From Xanthobacteraceae bacterium (GTDB lineage: Bacteria > Pseudomonadota > Alphaproteobacteria > Rhizobiales > Xanthobacteraceae): a stretch of 64,000 nt of DNA. The stretch spans positions 177,426 through 241,425 of the forward strand of contig DASTKH010000041.1 of the NCBI GenBank assembly GCA_035716025.1. The letters are read 5' to 3'. Shown one piece after another: positions 36,537 to 44,556 of the stretch; position 1 is the stretch's first letter; every line of letters starts with the position of its first letter. The notes below the pieces were generated by a model, which was not told the origin of the DNA, searched no databases, and was given only the letters and a program-made list of their open reading frames with translations. The translations under genes and the position numbers were made by a program.

Positions 36537-37504
36537 ATGGCGCGAGGCATCGCCCGCTGGGGCGGAATTCTTGTCCTAATCTCGATCGGCGCAATCGCTG
36601 CCCGGGCCGCGGATTATCCGACGCGCCCGATCACGGCCGTCGTGCCGTTCGCCGCCGGCGGACCGACCGACATCGTGGCGCGCGCCTTCGGTCAGAAGAT
36701 GGGCACTGTTCTCGGACAGCCAATCGTCATCGAGAATCGGGGCGGTGCCGGGGGACGTGTCGGCGGGGAAGCGGGGGCGCGGGCGGCGGCCGACGGATAC
36801 ACGATTACCGTGATCAATACGGCGACGCACGGAATCATCCCCGTCACAGTTCGGTCGCTCGCCTACGATCCGGTTAGGAGTTTCGAAATGATCGGCCTGA
36901 TCGGCACCTATCCGCTGGTGCTGGTCTGCAATCCGAAGCTTCCCGTCAACAACATCCGAGAAATGATCGCGTATCTGCGCAAGGGCGGGAAGCTCAGCTA
37001 TGCGAGTCCGGGCGCAGGCGGGCAGGGGCACTTCGCGGGCGAGTTCTTCAAGGCGCGTGCGGGCGTGCAGATGCTCCACGTGCCGTACCGCGGAACGGGT
37101 CCCGCCTTGCAGGACGTGATCGCCGGCGTCGTCGATTGCGTTTTTGACGGCACGTCCAAGCCTCATATCGACGCCGGCAGGGTGCGGGCCTTTGCTCTGA
37201 CTCGGCGGCGCGTAGTGCCATGTATCCGGGCGTGCCGACGATGGACGAATCGGGCCTTAAGGGTCTCGACATGACAACATGGATCGGCCTCGCTGCGCCG
37301 GCGGGCACGCCGCCAGAGGCAGTGCGCAAGCTGACCCAAGCGCTGCGCGCGGCACTCAAGGACGAGGGGTTGGCTGCGGCTGTTCTGCGTACCGGTACAA
37401 CGGTGGTGTCCGACACGAGCCCCCAGGATCTGCGGCAGCGGATCGAGCATGACTTGGCAATGTACCGCCAAATCGCCGAGGAGGCCGGCATAGAGCCGCA
37501 GTGA
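36537..37504 (+). pseudogene. Bug/TctC-family tripartite tricarboxylate transporter substrate-binding protein, disrupted by a 1-nt frameshift near 37202
   Basis: ORF 36537..37274 carries the signal peptide and the N-terminal two-thirds (YPTRPITAVVPFAAGGPTD...HVPYRGTGPALQD). ORF 37220..37504, one frame over, carries the C-terminal third (YPGVPTMDESGLKGLDMTTWIGLAAPAGTP). Joining them at ...RAFALT|SAARSAMYPGVPT restores a full-length family member. Confidence 0.75.
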
Positions 37505-37655
37505 AGCCGTTGTTCGAAGGGAATCAATATCCCCCTTGCGCCGCTCTAGCACGCCTCTAGAGTCGTTTGCGACGAGGCGTCGACGGACGGCTCTCGCCTG
37601 TCATGACGGGTCGAAAGGCGTGTCCGTGCGGCGGACGCCTTGGAGGGAGGTTTCA

Positions 37656-39509
37656 GTGACAACGGGCAAAGGCAAAACGCCGGCAAGACGCGCGGGGGCG
37701 ACCGGAGGCGAAACCCCGCACCCTGGAGGACGAAAGCTGCGTTCGCAGCTGTGGTTCGACAATCCGGACAATCCCGGCATGACGGCGCTCTATCTCGAGC
37801 GCTACCTCAATTTCGGGATCACGCTCGAAGAGTTGACGTCCGGCAAGCCGATCATCGGCATCGCTCAGACGGGTTCGGATCTGTCGCCGTGCAACCGCCA
37901 TCATCTCGAACTCGCGAAGCGCGTACGCGAGGGCATCCGCACGGCCGGCGGCATCGCCTTCGAGTTTCCCTGCCACCCGATCCAGGAAACCGGCAAGCGG
38001 CCGACGGCCGCGCTCGACCGCAACCTGGCTTATCTCAGCCTTGTCGAGGTGCTCTACGGCTATCCGCTCGACGGCGTCGTGCTCACCACCGGTTGCGACA
38101 AGACCACGCCGGCCTGTTTGATGGCCGCCGCGACCGTGAACATTCCCGCCATCGTGCTCTCGGGCGGGCCCATGCTCAATGGCTGGTACAAGGGCGAGCG
38201 CTCGGGTTCCGGTACCGCGGTGTGGAACGCGCGCCAGGAGCTTGCGGCGGGACGCATCGATTACAAGGAGTTTCTCGCGCGCGTCGCGTCCTCCGCGCCT
38301 TCGGTCGGCCACTGCAACACGATGGGCACCGCTTCCACGATGAATGCGCTCGCCGAAGCGCTCGGCATGTCGCTGCCCGGCTGCGCGGCGATCCCGGCGC
38401 CCTATCGCGAGCGCGCGCAGATCGCCTACGACACCGGCGTGCGCATCGTCGAGATGGTGCACGAGGACCTCAAGCCCTCCGACATTCTTACCCGCAAGGC
38501 GTTCGAGAACGCGATCGCCGCGAACTCGGCGATCGGCGGCTCGACCAATGCCCCGATCCATATCAACGCCATCGCCAAGCATATCGGCGTGCCGCTTTCG
38601 ATCGAGGATTGGGAGACGATCGGCTACGACGTGCCGCTGCTCGTGAACATGCAGCCGGCCGGCATATATCTCGGCGAGGATTATTACCGGGCGGGCGGTC
38701 TTCCTGCCGTCATGAACGAATTGTTGAAGGCCGGCCGCATCCACGGCGACGCGCTCACGGTCAACGGCAAGACGATGGCGGAGAACGTCAAGGACCGCGA
38801 AATCGCCGACAAGGACGTGATCCGCCCCTACGGCAATCCGTTGAAGGAGAAAGCCGGGTTCAAGGTCCTCCACGGCAATCTGTTCGATTCCGCCGTGATG
38901 AAGCTTTCCGTCGTGTCGGACGAGTTCCGCGCGCGCTATCTGTCGAACCCGAAAGACCCGATGGCCTTCGAGGGACGGGCGGTGGTCTTCGAGGGGCCGG
39001 AGGATTACCACGCCCGCATCGAAGATCCGTCGCTCGGCATCGACGAAAACACAATTCTCTTCATTCGTGGCGCCGGGGTGATCGGCTATCCCGGGGGCGC
39101 GGAAGTGGTCAACATGCAGCCGCCCGCAGCCCTCATCAAGAAGGGCATCACCTCGCTGCCGTGCATCGGCGACGGGCGGCAGTCTGGAACTTCCGGTTCG
39201 CCGTCGATCCTCAATGCCTCTCCGGAAGCGGCGGCGGGGGGCGGTCTTGCGCTCCTGAAGACGGGGGATCGCGTGCGCATCGACCTCAACAAGGGCACCG
39301 CGAACATCCTGATTTCCGACGCCGCGCTCGCGGAAAGACGCGCCGAACTGCAGAAGCACGGCGGGTTCCCCTATCCCAAGAGCCAGACACCCTGGCAGGA
39401 AATCCAGCGTGAGCTCGTGGAACAGCTCGGCGACGGCATGGTGCTCAAACCGGCGGTGCATTTCCAACGCGTCGCGCAAACCGGCGGAATCCCGCGCGAC
39501 AACCACTGA
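37656..39509 (+). CDS. IlvD/Edd-family sugar-acid dehydratase (D-xylonate/L-arabinonate dehydratase-like)
   Basis: [28 protein letters not shown]...[21 protein letters not shown]...TGCDKTTPA...[13 protein letters not shown]...PRDNH closely resembles my recollection of Caulobacter XylD-type dehydratases. GGAGGGAGG lies 5 nt upstream of GTG 37656. Confidence 0.85.
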   Translation: MTTGKGKTPARRAGATGGETPHPGGRKLRSQLWFDNPDNPGMTALYLERYLNFGITLEELTSGKPIIGIAQTGSDLSPCNRHHLELAKRVREGIRTAGGIAFEFPCHPIQETGKRPTAALDRNLAYLSLVEVLYGYPLDGVVLTTGCDKTTPACLMAAATVNIPAIVLSGGPMLNGWYKGERSGSGTAVWNARQELAAGRIDYKEFLARVASSAPSVGHCNTMGTASTMNALAEALGMSLPGCAAIPAPYRERAQIAYDTGVRIVEMVHEDLKPSDILTRKAFENAIAANSAIGGSTNAPIHINAIAKHIGVPLSIEDWETIGYDVPLLVNMQPAGIYLGEDYYRAGGLPAVMNELLKAGRIHGDALTVNGKTMAENVKDREIADKDVIRPYGNPLKEKAGFKVLHGNLFDSAVMKLSVVSDEFRARYLSNPKDPMAFEGRAVVFEGPEDYHARIEDPSLGIDENTILFIRGAGVIGYPGGAEVVNMQPPAALIKKGITSLPCIGDGRQSGTSGSPSILNASPEAAAGGGLALLKTGDRVRIDLNKGTANILISDAALAERRAELQKHGGFPYPKSQTPWQEIQRELVEQLGDGMVLKPAVHFQRVAQTGGIPRDNH

Positions 39510-39584
39510 GCCGCACGCCCTCGGGACGAAAAGGCGGCCTTGCCGTGTTCATTCCCGGCAGGCTCTTTCGCGCAGGAGGCTTCC

Positions 39585-39851
39585 ATGTTGCGTTTCGGAG
39601 CGGTGACGGCGCTCGCCGCGTTTGTGTTGATCGGCGCGCTTCAGAGCGCTTTGCAGGCGCGCGCGGCGGCCGGACAGGCGGTTGCTGCCGATCGGACGGC
39701 CTCGCCGTCCACCGATGTCAGCGCCGCAAAAGCGAAAAAGACAAAAGAGACGAAGAAAAAGAAGGCCGCCAAGCCGCAACCGAGCCGGTCCGGCGGATCG
39801 TCCGGCGCGCCGGCGGGCGACACGCCGGACCGCGGCATGGGCGGATATTGA
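39585..39851 (+). CDS. Small secreted Lys-rich low-complexity protein (88 aa)
   Basis: AGGAGG lies 5 nt upstream of the ATG. Signal peptide MLRFGAVTALAAFVLIGALQSALQARA, then AKAKKTKETKKKKAAKPQPSRSGGSSG. The coding DNA is locally A-rich. Confidence 0.5.
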   Translation: MLRFGAVTALAAFVLIGALQSALQARAAAGQAVAADRTASPSTDVSAAKAKKTKETKKKKAAKPQPSRSGGSSGAPAGDTPDRGMGGY

Positions 39852-39866
39852 CGCCGGGGTCTGCGC

Positions 39867-40826
39867 TCACCGCGCAGGCGGCGGCGTAAGCTTCTCTCGC
39901 CCGATCGCCTCGACGAGTTTCGTCCAGCGGGCGACGTCGTCGCGGACGAAGCGCTTGAAACCCTCGACGTCGAGATCGAGGAACTCCTGGCCGAGCGTGA
40001 CGAGCCGGCTGCGCACGTCCGCGTCGCCGAGGGCCTGGCGTACCCCGGCATTGATTTTGTCCAGCACGGGCTTGGGCGTACCGGCCGGCGCGAGCAGCCC
40101 GTTCCAGCCGGACAGGACGAAGTCGGGGTAGCCGGATTCCGCAATGGTCGGCAGCTCGGGCAGAAGTTCGGAGCGCTTCGGTCCGGTCGTTGCGAGGCCG
40201 CGCACGGTGCCGGCCTGCATCTGCGCCTTGGCGACGAGCGACACCGCGACGAACATCTGCACCTCGCCGGCGATCAGCCCGTTCATGGCCGCGTTCACGT
40301 TGCGATAGGGCACGTGCACCACCTTGACGCCCGGAATCCTGTTGAAGGTCTCGCACGCGATCTGCGGCGCCGTGCCGAGACCGGCGGAGGCGCAATTGAT
40401 CTTGCCCGGATTGGCCTTGAGATAGCCGACGAGTTCCGCAACCGATTTCGCCGGCACGCTCGGATGCACCGTCAGCGTATAGGCGCCGGTCCCAATCAGC
40501 ACGGCGGGCGCAAAATCGCGGACCACGTCGTAGGTTGCGGTCTTCAGCACCGTGCCGAGAGCGTAGGTCGGGGTGGCAAACAGAAGCGTGTGCCCGTCCT
40601 TGTCCGCCGAAGTCACGGCGTTCGCAGCGATCTGACCGCCCGCACCGGTGCGCGCCTCGATCACCAGAGGCTGTCCCCACAACTTTTGCATAAACGGCGC
40701 AAGCACGCGCAGCACGGCGTCGGGTGAAGGGCCGACGATCACGCGGATCGGCTGATTCGGAAAATCCTCGGCGCGCAGAACCGTTGTCGCGGCCAGGCAA
40801 AGCGCGAGTGCGAGCACTGTTCGCAT
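39867..40826 (-). CDS. Bug/TctC-family substrate-binding protein (intact)
   Basis: Signal peptide MRTVLALALCLAATTVLRA, then FPNQPIRVIVGPSPD...HVPYRNVNAAMNGL...WNGLLAPAGTP. The start is at in-frame ATG 40826. Confidence 0.85.
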   Translation of the reverse strand: MRTVLALALCLAATTVLRAEDFPNQPIRVIVGPSPDAVLRVLAPFMQKLWGQPLVIEARTGAGGQIAANAVTSADKDGHTLLFATPTYALGTVLKTATYDVVRDFAPAVLIGTGAYTLTVHPSVPAKSVAELVGYLKANPGKINCASAGLGTAPQIACETFNRIPGVKVVHVPYRNVNAAMNGLIAGEVQMFVAVSLVAKAQMQAGTVRGLATTGPKRSELLPELPTIAESGYPDFVLSGWNGLLAPAGTPKPVLDKINAGVRQALGDADVRSRLVTLGQEFLDLDVEGFKRFVRDDVARWTKLVEAIGREKLTPPPAR

Positions 40827-40990
40827 GGCGGACGAACGCGCGCCGAAACGGCGCCGACTAAACCGCGCAATGGGCCTGTTCACTGCATTCCTCCAATGTG
40901 CGCGCGCAGCCTGACACAGCGGCCCATTCGTGGCAATAAAGCCCGGCCGCATGCCATTCATCATGCATGCGAAATCGGGAGAAAGTCTGC

Positions 40991-41551
40991 ATGGCCGAAG
41001 GGATGAAGCCGATCCGGCGCGTGGTCACCGGCACGGATGCGCAGGGCCGCTCCTGCGTCATCTATGACGGGCCGGCGCCGAACACCGTGCCGCGCAAGGA
41101 CTGCCCGCGCGCCGGCATGACCGATCTGTGGGTGTACGGCGTCTCGCCGGCGCCGATCGCCGGCCGGCGGGACGACGGCAACCTGACCTATCATTTCGAG
41201 CCGCCCCACTCCGGCGGCCATTTTCGCATCGTGCAGACCTGCAAGCCGCCGGCCGACTACGACCAATCCAAGGATGCGAGCTACGTGCCTCTGCACGAGC
41301 CGCGCGTCCGCGATGACGGCGTGCTGGTGCGCGGCGGGCAGAGCTACTTCACCTCGCCGATGCACAAGTCGGAGACCGTCGACTACGGCATCTGCCTTTC
41401 CGGCGAGCGCGTCCTCGTGCTCGACACGCAGACGCTGGTGATGAAGCCCGGCGACGTGGTGGTGCAACTCGGAAACTGGCACCTCTGGAGCAGCGAACGC
41501 TCGGATGTCGCGATGGCCTTCGTCATGATGGGCGCGAAATTCGAGGGATGA
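40991..41551 (+). CDS. Cupin-fold protein, paralog 1 (186 aa)
   Basis: N-terminal KPIRRVVTG.DAQGRS and a C-terminal cupin barrel, MHKSETVDYGICLSGERVLVLDTQTLVMKPGDVVVQLGNWHLW. Confidence 0.7.
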   Translation: MAEGMKPIRRVVTGTDAQGRSCVIYDGPAPNTVPRKDCPRAGMTDLWVYGVSPAPIAGRRDDGNLTYHFEPPHSGGHFRIVQTCKPPADYDQSKDASYVPLHEPRVRDDGVLVRGGQSYFTSPMHKSETVDYGICLSGERVLVLDTQTLVMKPGDVVVQLGNWHLWSSERSDVAMAFVMMGAKFEG

Positions 41552-41615
41552 CCCTCGCCGTTTGTCCCGGCGCGGCCGAAAGGCGCCGAACGCCAAAAGA
41601 GATTCAGGGTGTGAA

Positions 41616-42191
41616 ATGACCGAAAAGCCGAAACCGGTGCGCCGCATCGTGTGCGTCGACAATGCCGAAGGAAAGTCGGAAGCCATCAGCGACGGGCCGT
41701 CTCCCGACGTGCGGCTCGACCCCGCCCGTCCGGGCTTTGCCGCAACGCGCATCTGGGTGACCGACCGCACGCCCGCGCGCATCCAGGGCGTGCGCGAGAC
41801 GCTGCATCTGCCGCACACACTCGAGCCGCCGCCCGGCGGCTCGGTGTGCCGGATCGTCACCTTCCCGCCGGACGAGGTCTATCGCGGCAAGGTCGGGGCG
41901 AAGGAGGTGCAGGCCTATTTCGCCGCCATGGGCTCGCCCACGGCATCAACCTATTCGCCGAAGGCGCCGCATCCCTACATGCAAAGGACGCGCACGCTCG
42001 ATTTTTGCCTCATCCTCGAAGGCGAAATCACGCTCGTGCTCGACACCGAGGAGGTGCATCTCAAGGCGGGCGATACGGTCATTCAGCGCGGCACCAACCA
42101 CGCCTGGAGCAACCGCTCGTCGGCCCCTTGCGTGATGGCCATCTCGTCGCATGACGCGGCTGACGTGGAGGGCGAGCCGCCCTACAAGTGA
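41616..42191 (+). CDS. Cupin-fold protein, paralog 2 (191 aa)
   Basis: Same architecture as the upstream gene: KPVRRIVCVDNAEGKS ... MQRTRTLDFCLILEGEITLVLDTEEVHLKAGDTVIQRGTNHAW. Confidence 0.7.
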   Translation: MTEKPKPVRRIVCVDNAEGKSEAISDGPSPDVRLDPARPGFAATRIWVTDRTPARIQGVRETLHLPHTLEPPPGGSVCRIVTFPPDEVYRGKVGAKEVQAYFAAMGSPTASTYSPKAPHPYMQRTRTLDFCLILEGEITLVLDTEEVHLKAGDTVIQRGTNHAWSNRSSAPCVMAISSHDAADVEGEPPYK

Positions 42192-42244
42192 GGGCTCGGC
42201 GCTCGAAGAGCGCCTGCACCCATGGCCTACCTGCGCCGTGGGCC

Positions 42245-42997
42245 TCAAGACCGCGAGCCGGCGGGCGCAATCTTCGCGCCCTTGAGTCTCGCGGCCGCAA
42301 AAGCACGCTCAACGGTCCCGTCCGTCTTCGCCTCCTCGATGAAGCGGGAGACATAGGCGAGGGCGGCGGGCCGACCCTTCGGGGTGGCGATCGCGACGCC
42401 CACGGCCCAGAAATGGCCGTCGAGCACGCGCGAGCCGGGCACCATCTGCGCGAAATCCTCAAGCGAGTCGCGCCCGAGCGCGACCGCATCGACGCCGCCC
42501 GCCCTGAGCAGCGCGAGGATTTCGCTCGCGCCCTTCATGCCGGTCACGGCCGTATTCTTCAGGAGCCTGCGGGCGGCGCGGATCGTCGTTGTGTTCTCGA
42601 CGCCGGCAACGCGCACGCCCGGCCGATCCACGTCCGCGATCGCGGCGATCGGTGAGCCCGGCGCGACGAGGAACGTGCTCTCGCCCAGAGCATAATTGGG
42701 GCCGAAGTCGACTTTGGTCTTCCGCTCTTCGTCGACCGGCATAAAGCTCACGTCCCAGGCGTCGCGCGCCGCCGCGTCCGTGATCTCTCCCGAACTTGCA
42801 AAGACGATGAGATCGAGGGGAACGCCGAGCCTGCCGGCCAGCGCACGGCCGAGATCGACCGTGACGCCGCGCGGCGCGCCCGTGCTCGGATCCCGCGTGG
42901 CCCAGAGCGGGGAGCCCGTTGGACCCACGGCGATGCCGACCCGGAGCATGCCCTTGGGCGCAAGTTCGCGCAGTGCCGCGGCCCAATCATCTGTCAT
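42245..42997 (-). CDS. Family-3 (amino-acid-type) solute-binding-protein homolog lacking a signal peptide
   Basis: 250 aa with an SBP_bac_3-like body (LRVGIAVGPTGSPLWATRD...GVTVDLGRALAGRLGVPLDLIVF...). The N-terminus MTDDWAAALRELAPKG is hydrophilic, and no in-frame upstream extension is available. Confidence 0.65.
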   Translation of the reverse strand: MTDDWAAALRELAPKGMLRVGIAVGPTGSPLWATRDPSTGAPRGVTVDLGRALAGRLGVPLDLIVFASSGEITDAAARDAWDVSFMPVDEERKTKVDFGPNYALGESTFLVAPGSPIAAIADVDRPGVRVAGVENTTTIRAARRLLKNTAVTGMKGASEILALLRAGGVDAVALGRDSLEDFAQMVPGSRVLDGHFWAVGVAIATPKGRPAALAYVSRFIEEAKTDGTVERAFAAARLKGAKIAPAGSRS

Positions 42998-43259
42998 GAC
43001 GTCCTCGTTGCGGTGGCGGAGACCCGAAGGCGGCCGATGCGGGCGTGTCGGTCGCCGCCCCGGCGCGTCGAACGGTCAGGGAGCCTAACCGATTTCCGGA
43101 ATCGGCCGAAAGCCGATTGGCGGCCGGCAAGGCGGGCGATGTGTTCGCCATGCAAACATGGCCGTACGCCCCCGATCGCAGCGCGGCACTGCGGCGATTG
43201 ACTCGGGCGGTATCGGCGGAGTGTCATGAATACCCGTTCCAACTCATCCGGAGAACGAA

Positions 43260-44330
43260 ATGATCCGCCGCAGACTTGTTTTCGGGCTGCTGCTGGCCGC
43301 GTTCGCGGCGGCTACGACCACGGCGAGCGCGCAAGAGACGATCCGCCTGCGCATTGCCTCGGGACATCCGCCGCCCACGCCTTACGTTCATCTTTTGACG
43401 ACCTTCTTCGTGCCGGAAGTGAAGAAGCGAGTCGCCGACCGGACAAAGTACAAGGTGGAATTCGTCGAGGGCTACGGCGGCGCGATGGTCAAGGTCGCGG
43501 ATACGCTCGAAGGTGTGCAGTCCGGCATCATCGACATGGGCGCCTACTGCTTCTGCTTCGAGCCTTCGAACCTGCCGATGCAGGCGTTTCAGATCATGAT
43601 TCCGTTCGGCACCATGAAGCCGACGGTGAGCCTCAAGGTCGCGCGCGCCGTCTACGACTCGGTGCCGTATATGAGCAAGGTGTTCGAGGACAAGCACAAG
43701 CAGAAGCTGCTCGCCCTCATTGCCGACAACGGATACAACCTCGGCACGACATTCGAGTGGAACAGCATCGGCGAGCTCAAAGGCCGCAAGATCGCCGGCG
43801 CCGGCCTCAATCTCAAATGGCTGGAATTCGTCGGTGCGACGCCCGTGCAGTCGTCCCTGGTCGATGCCTACACCTCGATGCAGACCGGCGTCTATGACGG
43901 TTGGATCATGTTTCCGTCGGGCTGGATCAGCGCCAAGCTCTACGAGGTCGGAAAGTACTATACGGAGATCGGCTTCGGTGCGATCACCTGGCACGGCCTG
44001 ACGGTGAACGCGGCACGCTGGAACCGCCTGCCGAAGGAGGTGCAGTCCGTGATCCTCGAAGTGGCGCAGGAGTACGAGAAGCTCACCGGCACCTTCAACG
44101 AGGAGAACTATCCGAAGCAGCTCGATCAACTGCGCGGCTTCGGCGTGAGCGTCCGGCAGCTGCCGGATTCGGTGCGCACCGATTGGGCCAAATCGCTCGC
44201 CGCCTGGCCGAAGGAGAAGGCACAGGAGCTCGAAAAGCAGGGCATTCCGGCGACGCAGGTTCTAGAGATCGCGCTTGATGCCGCCGAGAAGGCCGGCCAC
44301 GTCTGGCCGGTGCGCTACAACGTGAAATAG
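43260..44330 (+). CDS. TRAP transporter substrate-binding protein, DctP family (paralog 1)
   Basis: Signal peptide MIRRRLVFGLLLAAFAAATTTASA. The 356-aa protein is followed by a paralog and then the DctQ and DctM genes. Confidence 0.85.
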   Translation: MIRRRLVFGLLLAAFAAATTTASAQETIRLRIASGHPPPTPYVHLLTTFFVPEVKKRVADRTKYKVEFVEGYGGAMVKVADTLEGVQSGIIDMGAYCFCFEPSNLPMQAFQIMIPFGTMKPTVSLKVARAVYDSVPYMSKVFEDKHKQKLLALIADNGYNLGTTFEWNSIGELKGRKIAGAGLNLKWLEFVGATPVQSSLVDAYTSMQTGVYDGWIMFPSGWISAKLYEVGKYYTEIGFGAITWHGLTVNAARWNRLPKEVQSVILEVAQEYEKLTGTFNEENYPKQLDQLRGFGVSVRQLPDSVRTDWAKSLAAWPKEKAQELEKQGIPATQVLEIALDAAEKAGHVWPVRYNVK

Positions 44331-44556
44331 GCGCCGCCGGTGGGCGGCCGCCCGTCGCCCGGGGCCTGGATCGCGCAACGCGGTGGGCCTCGGGCGGACG
44401 CTTGCGGTTGCCGTCCGCAAGACGCCCGAACCGCCCCGCCGGGGGAGCGTCCAAGCGCCGCGCGCCGACACAATTGACAGTGACTTCCCGGCCGAAGGAA
44501 GCTCGTCGGCCAAACAAGAACGAAACAATCGTCTTTCGTTCACCGGGGAGGAGTTC

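Noticed and set aside
37505-37655. CTCTAG...CTCTAGAG repeats and small stems upstream of the sugar-acid dehydratase gene, as a possible riboswitch or operator.
   Set aside because: The repeats are short and imperfect, with no resemblance to any riboswitch class I can recognise by eye. The evidence is insufficient.
44342-44353. The perfect 12-nt palindrome GGGCGGCCGCCC just after dctP paralog 1, and other short GC-only palindromes in intergenic regions.
   Set aside because: It has no loop, so it is not a terminator hairpin. Such GC palindromes are frequent by chance in DNA this GC-rich.
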